Under the pieces are notes generated by a model that made no database searches, was not told the origin of the DNA, and saw nothing but the letters and a program-made list of their open reading frames with translations. A stretch of 64,000 bases of DNA from contig JBHLMG010000001.1 of NCBI GenBank assembly GCA_048938385.1, positions 64,001 through 128,000 of the forward strand, in the 5' to 3' direction. The first letter of the stretch is position 1, and every line of letters starts with the position of its first letter. This document shows positions 58,444 to 64,000 of the stretch, piece after piece. The DNA is from Promethearchaeota archaeon (GTDB taxonomy: Archaea > Asgardarchaeota > Hermodarchaeia > Hermodarchaeales > Hermodarchaeaceae). Position numbers and translations under genes: made by a program.

Positions 58444-59619
58444 TTATTTTGAATGAAAGGGCATTCGCTCGCGTCGTAATTTCAACAAGCTCTGTGGATA
58501 ACCAATACGGTTTGAAAGTTGATTAAATAAAAAGTCAAGATCTCGTTCGATAAGTCGGGCTTGAGAATCTGCATCTATTAGAACAGTGGGAAGTGCGAAT
58601 TCGTCGTTATTTGACGCCATTGGAAGTAACATGGCTCCTACTTTCTCAATAATTCTACTCGGGTTATATGAACCTGTGTAGACTTCAATGCGTAATGGAT
58701 AGTCGTATTTTGCTGTGCGTAAGTAGAAACATACAAGGTCAGCATCTTGAGTGGCGCCGTCGTTCAAGGCATCCGAATTGTTATCGCTAAATCCGTTCAG
58801 TCGAAGAATTGGTGAGCGTTCACCCACTTCGAGAATTCGGTAAAAAAAGTCGGAATCGTAACTAATTTTCAACACGGATCGGTAATCCATGTCTAATAAT
58901 GGTTTCAACTCAGGAAAACGGGGAATTAGGTGAGGTAGAACTTCTCCTAGAATGTGCATGAAATGTTGGCTTCGACTATCTTTGACGACTCCTGCTAAAA
59001 GTGTGCCCGTTTTCTTTGTCTTTGTGTACAACTCTTCATAAAGAGAGAGAATTTCTTGATATTTTGCAGTATTCACTGAATGGTTCGATGGACGAACACT
59101 GATGTGAGGTCTAAGGGAACCATCAAGAAGAAGTAACTCAGATGGATGGTGATCCTGTACACGAATTGCCAATTCTAACTCTGCTTTTAGCCGTTCTAAG
59201 GATGCGCTCAGCTCCGCGTCTCGCCAAGATATTGGGGTAAGTTCAGCCTTTACCATTGGAGGTGTTGTTTTTTCAGGAAAGTAGATGGCAGAAACTCGGT
59301 TTGCAGGTGTATATTCAAAGATGGTTGCAACTGCACGTGTAATGACTAGTTCGATACCTCGTAGCGTCTTCTTTAATAATCCGCCATCAATCCCACACAC
59401 TCTCAGACCGTTCAGGTTAGTAGGTTCAACTCGGTGGGCTAGTTTACCATCAATCAAGGCTTTTTGAGCAAGCGGGATATCTAATCGTAGATCGATGTTG
59501 TGTCGGTGGCTATGCAAAATAGCAGCGAAGGCACTCCTTTTCTTTTCAAATAATTGAATTTGCTCGGCGATTTTTTGGATTTCAGCATCCAACGCCCAGA
59601 GCTCTCGAATCGTCTTCAT
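58444..59619 (-). CDS. nurA: NurA nuclease
   Basis: GIDGG, ELELA, LLDGSL, GVVKDS, P.VLIDAD; upstream of herA. Confidence 0.88.
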   Translation of the reverse strand: MKTIRELWALDAEIQKIAEQIQLFEKKRSAFAAILHSHRHNIDLRLDIPLAQKALIDGKLAHRVEPTNLNGLRVCGIDGGLLKKTLRGIELVITRAVATIFEYTPANRVSAIYFPEKTTPPMVKAELTPISWRDAELSASLERLKAELELAIRVQDHHPSELLLLDGSLRPHISVRPSNHSVNTAKYQEILSLYEELYTKTKKTGTLLAGVVKDSRSQHFMHILGEVLPHLIPRFPELKPLLDMDYRSVLKISYDSDFFYRILEVGERSPILRLNGFSDNNSDALNDGATQDADLVCFYLRTAKYDYPLRIEVYTGSYNPSRIIEKVGAMLLPMASNNDEFALPTVLIDADSQARLIERDLDFLFNQLSNRIGYPQSLLKLRRERMPFHSK

Positions 59620-59698
59620 TCAAATCGTCCAGAGGAGCTTTCTTAGCTTAACACGGTGCTTAAAATTAAAACTTGGTATAACGCTATAAACGCAACCA

Positions 59699-60265
59699 AT
59701 GAACACTAATAATCCCATGTTGCTCAAGGCTCAGGCTCTTCTTAGCCAATACATCGAGGATGTTGAAATTCTGAACCATTGCGAGGCCACACGCCAGAAG
59801 GCGCTCCAAATCGCAGAGATCCTTTCAGCTAAAATAAGTGTTGACTTCAATATAGTAGGTCTTGGAGCAGTATTACACGACATCGGTCGTGCGCGAATCC
59901 ATGATGTAACACATGGCTATGTTGGCGGGCAAATCTTGGAACTTTATGATTACCCTTCGAGCGTTGTAAGAATAGTTGAGCGGCATGTATTAGGCGGGTT
60001 TACAGCAGATGAGGCGATTTTAGTCGGTCTTCCCCCACGGAGTTTCGTCCCAGAAAGCTGGGAAGAAAAAATTGTGTGTGTTGCAGATAAATTGGGGGTA
60101 TACGCTTGGACAGGAATAGATCGACCTGATTTGTGGCTCGAGAAGATGGAAAGTCGGTTTGCTGAATTACAGCAACGATATGGGGTTGTCGAACCGTATT
60201 TAACTTCAATGGAACGCGCTAAACACTTTGCCATAGCAATGAAACGACTTGCGACAATGCAATAG
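59699..60265 (+). CDS. HD-domain phosphohydrolase (HDIG type)
   Basis: H...LHDIGR...H...ERH...EEKIVCVAD. Confidence 0.88.
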   Translation: MNTNNPMLLKAQALLSQYIEDVEILNHCEATRQKALQIAEILSAKISVDFNIVGLGAVLHDIGRARIHDVTHGYVGGQILELYDYPSSVVRIVERHVLGGFTADEAILVGLPPRSFVPESWEEKIVCVADKLGVYAWTGIDRPDLWLEKMESRFAELQQRYGVVEPYLTSMERAKHFAIAMKRLATMQ

Positions 60266-60284
60266 AGCATTCATCAACGAGTAC

Positions 60285-61067
60285 TTATGGACAACACATA
60301 GGATAAATGAGCAATCCAGTAAATACTAGGATGATTGTAGCGAGAAGTGGAACAGAGAGATTATCCCAACCTGCGGGGGATAACCCTTCGAGTAGCATAG
60401 CAGAACTAGCACACATCAGGCTAATAGTGATAATCTGAAGTAAACTAAAAACTGGAAGCCCATTCGTAGAAAAGACATCTAAGAAGAGCCAACATATCCA
60501 CGATCCGATGAAGGAGGCTGCAAACACTGAAAGTGACCCCTCAATGCTCCGAGTCGCTTTTCCAATTCTATACCAATGCTTTCCGTATTTTGCTCCTATG
60601 AAGGGAGCTATACCATCACCGAGATACATTGCAGTGAGACCCATTGCGGGTAAGGGGTAGAGGGGAGTTAACGAAGGAATTAATGTAAAAACCGAAACCA
60701 GAAGTGTAATCGACACTGCGTAAAAGAAAGGACCCCAAATGTGCCCTGAAAGGTAATCCTCCTCCCGTGCCATAACTTCAAACATACTTCTTAAACCCTT
60801 TACAGGGCTCTTTGGCGATGCAAGATAGATGAGCACTAAAAAGGATACTGCTACGATTATCGCAGCCCAAGAATGCGTGTAGAAGGGAACTGTGAACACA
60901 GAAAAACCTGCACCAAGATGAATAAACTTCCTAGTCATCGCAGGATGGTAGTTACGCCAACGCCGGAGTCCCTCCCCGATAACGAGAATAGCAACAACCC
61001 AAGTATAAGCAATAGCCAAAACAAGAAGATCTGTTAAGGTAGGAAACGGAAGTTGCATGGTGTTCAC
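60285..61067 (-). CDS. dolichol/phytol kinase-like CTP-dependent polyprenol kinase
   Basis: RKFIH, GDGIAPFIG, RSIEGS, DNLSVP; multi-TM. Confidence 0.85.
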   Translation of the reverse strand: MNTMQLPFPTLTDLLVLAIAYTWVVAILVIGEGLRRWRNYHPAMTRKFIHLGAGFSVFTVPFYTHSWAAIIVAVSFLVLIYLASPKSPVKGLRSMFEVMAREEDYLSGHIWGPFFYAVSITLLVSVFTLIPSLTPLYPLPAMGLTAMYLGDGIAPFIGAKYGKHWYRIGKATRSIEGSLSVFAASFIGSWICWLFLDVFSTNGLPVFSLLQIITISLMCASSAMLLEGLSPAGWDNLSVPLLATIILVFTGLLIYPMCCP

Positions 61068-61182
61068 CCATCTAGTAATTGTCGTGTCTTGTACTAAGAT
61101 GTATTTAGGTTATCGGAAATAGTGAATAATGATTATTTCCATTGAATTCGGTAAATGATGTGGTAAGGTAGGCGCGTCGTTA

Positions 61183-61929
61183 ATGAATTTAATCAATCAC
61201 AGCGCTCGTGATAATTTACTTAGAACGATTGCCGGTGAAATCACCCTCGCAGAAAACCCAGGAAGGGCTATGCGAAAATGGCGGGAACAGTTTGGAGTAG
61301 CTCAACACGACCTTGCCCTCCAGCTGGGCATTTCTCCTTCGGTAATTAGTGATTATGAAAGTGGGCGCAGAAAATCACCCCGAGTTGAAACAATTCGTAA
61401 ATTCGCTGAATGCCTTCTGGAAATAGACGAAAAGCGTGGTGGGCACTTTGTTAGAGCCTTTCTTCGTTTGATAGGATCGGACATACCTTCTGATATTCTC
61501 CTTGATATTCGAGAATTTCCTACTGCGATTTTAGCCACACAATTAACTGAATTTCTCGAATGCAAAACCATCGTAGACGACGAAATACCCAACCGAGAGC
61601 TATTTGGCTACACAACAATTGATAGCCTAAAGGCTATTCTACAACTCACCCCAGAGCAAATGTTAAAACTATACGGCGCAACGCCCAATCGTGCAGCTAT
61701 ATTCACCCATGTCAGCACGGGGCGTTCACCGATGGTGGCTATTCGAACCTCGCAAATGGGTTTAGGCTCTTCAGTTCGACCTTCTATCGTCATTCTTCAC
61801 GGCCCAACGAAAGTTGATCCGGTTGCTACCAAAATCGCTGAGGTCGAAAAAATTCCTCTATATCTCTCTACAATCAAAGAGACAGACGCCCTAGTCAAAA
61901 AACTTCGTAATTTTAATCCAGAGGTGTAA
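61183..61929 (+). CDS. XRE-HTH archaeal transcriptional regulator (COG1709-like)
   Basis: IAGEITL, SVISDYESGRRKSP, GYTTIDS, VSTGRSPMVAIR. Confidence 0.88.
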   Translation: MNLINHSARDNLLRTIAGEITLAENPGRAMRKWREQFGVAQHDLALQLGISPSVISDYESGRRKSPRVETIRKFAECLLEIDEKRGGHFVRAFLRLIGSDIPSDILLDIREFPTAILATQLTEFLECKTIVDDEIPNRELFGYTTIDSLKAILQLTPEQMLKLYGATPNRAAIFTHVSTGRSPMVAIRTSQMGLGSSVRPSIVILHGPTKVDPVATKIAEVEKIPLYLSTIKETDALVKKLRNFNPEV

Positions 61930-61937
61930 CAAAAACA

Positions 61938-62705
61938 GTGCATGCAATCTACTTTGTTGGTACAGCAGGGTCAGGGAAGTCAACCCTCACTCATATCTTC
62001 GCCAAATGGCTTGCAGATGCAAAGTTAAGCGTGGGAACCGTGAATTTAGATCCTGGAGTACTGCACCTTCCTTATGGACCAGATATCGATGTTCGGGATT
62101 TTGTTTCTCTTCAAGGAGTGATGGAAAAATACAATCTCGGCCCTAATGGTGGGCTGGTTGCCGCTATTGATCTCATAAGCACACATCTTGGTACTTTGCA
62201 GGAGGAAATTAAGGATCTGGCTGTAGATTTCTTACTATTAGACGCTCCTGGTCAAATTGAATTGTTCGCCTTTAGACAAACAGGACCGATTATTGTATCA
62301 AGCCTTGGGGGAGAAAGCAAAATGATCGCATACTTAGTTGACTCAACGTTAAGCAAAACTCCTGCAGGATTTATCTCCTCCTTGTTCCTTTCTGCATCAG
62401 TCTTAGTTCGATTTCAACTTCCTCAACTCAATGTTCTTTCACGAGCTGATTTGCTTGACCAAGAAGAACTTGAACGGATTCAAAGCTGGCTTGACGATCC
62501 CGATCAACTTATTTTCGCCTTACAAGAGTTGCGAAATGAACTACAAACGGAACTTTCCAGTGAGCTATGTCGTTCCATTCAACAACTTTTTTCAGGGCTT
62601 GATGTTGTTCCACTTTCAGCTGAAAAAATGTCTAACTTAGACCTTCTCTATTCCCATATATCCTATACTCTGACAGGTGGCGAAGGTTTCGAAATCTTTC
62701 GCTAA
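61938..62705 (+). CDS. GPN-loop GTPase
   Basis: GTAGSGKS, NLDPG, LGPNG, DAPGQIE. Confidence 0.93.
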   Translation: MHAIYFVGTAGSGKSTLTHIFAKWLADAKLSVGTVNLDPGVLHLPYGPDIDVRDFVSLQGVMEKYNLGPNGGLVAAIDLISTHLGTLQEEIKDLAVDFLLLDAPGQIELFAFRQTGPIIVSSLGGESKMIAYLVDSTLSKTPAGFISSLFLSASVLVRFQLPQLNVLSRADLLDQEELERIQSWLDDPDQLIFALQELRNELQTELSSELCRSIQQLFSGLDVVPLSAEKMSNLDLLYSHISYTLTGGEGFEIFR

Positions 62706-62759
62706 TTTCGTCTTCCTAAAAGGTTTTAATTCAGACAATAATGTTGTATGAAGCGCTAG

Positions 62760-63482
62760 GTGAATTTAATGCCGAAGATTGATGACATAATTGCAACGGC
62801 GCGTTCAGAGAATCGGACATATCTCTTGGAACACGAGTCTAAAACCATAATGAAGAGTTACGATATACCCGTAACGGAGTTCCAGGTTGCGGAAACTGAA
62901 GAAGCCGCAGTGAAGGCGGCAGAAAAGATCGGTTTTCCCGTTGTACTCAAAATCTTAAGCCCCGATGTAATACACAAAAGCGATGTCGGTGGCGTACTCA
63001 TAAATCTGAAAGATAGTGAAGCCGTGCGAGAGGGCTATCAAACAATTATTTCAAAAGTAAAGAAACACAAAGCTAAAGCTGATATTAGGGGTATTTTTGT
63101 TGAAGAATTCGCCCCCAAGGGGGTCGAAGTGATCATTGGAGCAATTAAAGACCCCCAATTTGGCCCTGCTCTAATGTTTGGGTTAGGTGGGGTCTTCGTT
63201 GAAGTACTTAAAGATGTTAGTTTTCGTGTAGCTCCAATTACAAAGTATGATGCCCAGGAAATGATTCGAGAAATAAAGGGGTATCCCATTCTAACCGGAA
63301 TTCGCGGACAGGAGGCTTCTGATACTACGGCATTAACGCATATACTCCTTCAGGTTTCAAAGTTAGTGATCGACTACCCGAGCATCAACCAACTCGATCT
63401 TAACCCTGTATTTTCATATCCTAAGGGGGCAAAATGCGTGGATGCTCGTATCATTCTAGAAGAAAAGGCTAAAACTCAATAG
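62760..63482 (+). CDS. acdB: acetate--CoA ligase (ADP-forming) beta subunit (ATP-grasp)
   Basis: GFPVVLKI.SPDVIHKSDVGGV, DPQFGP, FGLGG, LDLNP, VDAR. Confidence 0.9.
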   Translation: MNLMPKIDDIIATARSENRTYLLEHESKTIMKSYDIPVTEFQVAETEEAAVKAAEKIGFPVVLKILSPDVIHKSDVGGVLINLKDSEAVREGYQTIISKVKKHKAKADIRGIFVEEFAPKGVEVIIGAIKDPQFGPALMFGLGGVFVEVLKDVSFRVAPITKYDAQEMIREIKGYPILTGIRGQEASDTTALTHILLQVSKLVIDYPSINQLDLNPVFSYPKGAKCVDARIILEEKAKTQ

Positions 63483-63607
63483 GCTCTTTGTGTTTTGAGA
63501 AATCTTCCTGCAAAGGTGTTGAGTTCCGTTAGTTTTAAAAAACCTTTTTCCATACCCCTTTCACTCTTGAAACCCTCATCAGTTGTAGTTTAGAATAAGG
63601 TGGTATA

Positions 63608-64000
63608 GTGGCCGAGGAATCTGTTCTTAAGCTGGCCGAAATAAACCGGCTAACCACTTCATTACGAGAAAAACGTGATGAATTGAATACAGAAGCTAAA
63701 AGGCTAATGAAGGAAAGGGATAGCCTTAACGCACAAGTGGCTGAACGACTACAAAAAGCACGTGAACACCGAGAACAACGCGACGAATATAACCAAAAAG
63801 TCGCTGAATTCAAGGTGAAGCGAGACGAAATCTATGCCAAACTGAAAGATAAGGTAGAAGAACGACAGGATACTGAAGAAGAAGTTCAAGAAATCCAAAA
63901 CAAAACCTCGGTACCTGCTCATGTCCTGCGTCGGAAAATTCGTGAACTAGATTGGTCACTTCAAACACAGGTTTTAGATCTTAAACATGAACGCGAAATA
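63608..64000 (+). CDS. archaeal coiled-coil protein (COG1340-like), truncated by window end
   Basis: GTG start, open to the end of the window: MAEESVLKLAEINRL...EKRDELN...ERDSLN...QRDEYN...LDWSLQT. Confidence 0.75.
   Translation, partial: MAEESVLKLAEINRLTTSLREKRDELNTEAKRLMKERDSLNAQVAERLQKAREHREQRDEYNQKVAEFKVKRDEIYAKLKDKVEERQDTEEEVQEIQNKTSVPAHVLRRKIRELDWSLQTQVLDLKHEREI

Noticed and set aside
1094-63813. Many short antisense or alternate-frame ORFs in the track
   Set aside because: They are shadows of well-supported genes on the opposite strand or frame and carry no motifs
1-64000. CRISPR arrays, IS elements, integrases, rRNA, selenocysteine/pyrrolysine read-through, inteins
   Set aside because: No repeat-spacer periodicity, transposase/integrase motifs or tRNA-end duplications were seen; recognised genes appear full length without internal stops or large insertions

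Overview
Gene-dense archaeal chromosomal segment with about 70 protein genes and 4 tRNA genes; no rRNA, CRISPR array or mobile element was seen. The core genes are archaeal (Rpo6, thermosome, proteasome beta, TYW1, RIO2, NOG1, class I CCA enzyme, HerA/NurA, NucS, Fae-Hps, IorAB). They co-occur with eukaryotic-signature proteins (profilin, Rab-like GTPase, ribophorin I-like, EMC6-like), so an Asgard archaeon is inferred; the class cannot be determined from this window. The most striking signal is in the RNA genes, which the ORF track does not show. All four tRNA genes are interrupted (8 introns, 4 at non-canonical sites). The gene directly downstream of ileS splices to a tRNA-Ile with a UAU anticodon (eukaryote-like AUA decoding rather than the usual archaeal agmatidine-CAU route) and carries a compensatory A19-U56 replacement of the near-invariant G19-C56 pair. 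Also notable are a triple-intron tRNA-Gln, a non-catalytic proteasome beta subunit, a class I GAPDH, a TFB/cyclin-fold orphan and a membrane-anchored PCI/winged-helix protein. All protein calls come from motif recognition by eye, not database searches.
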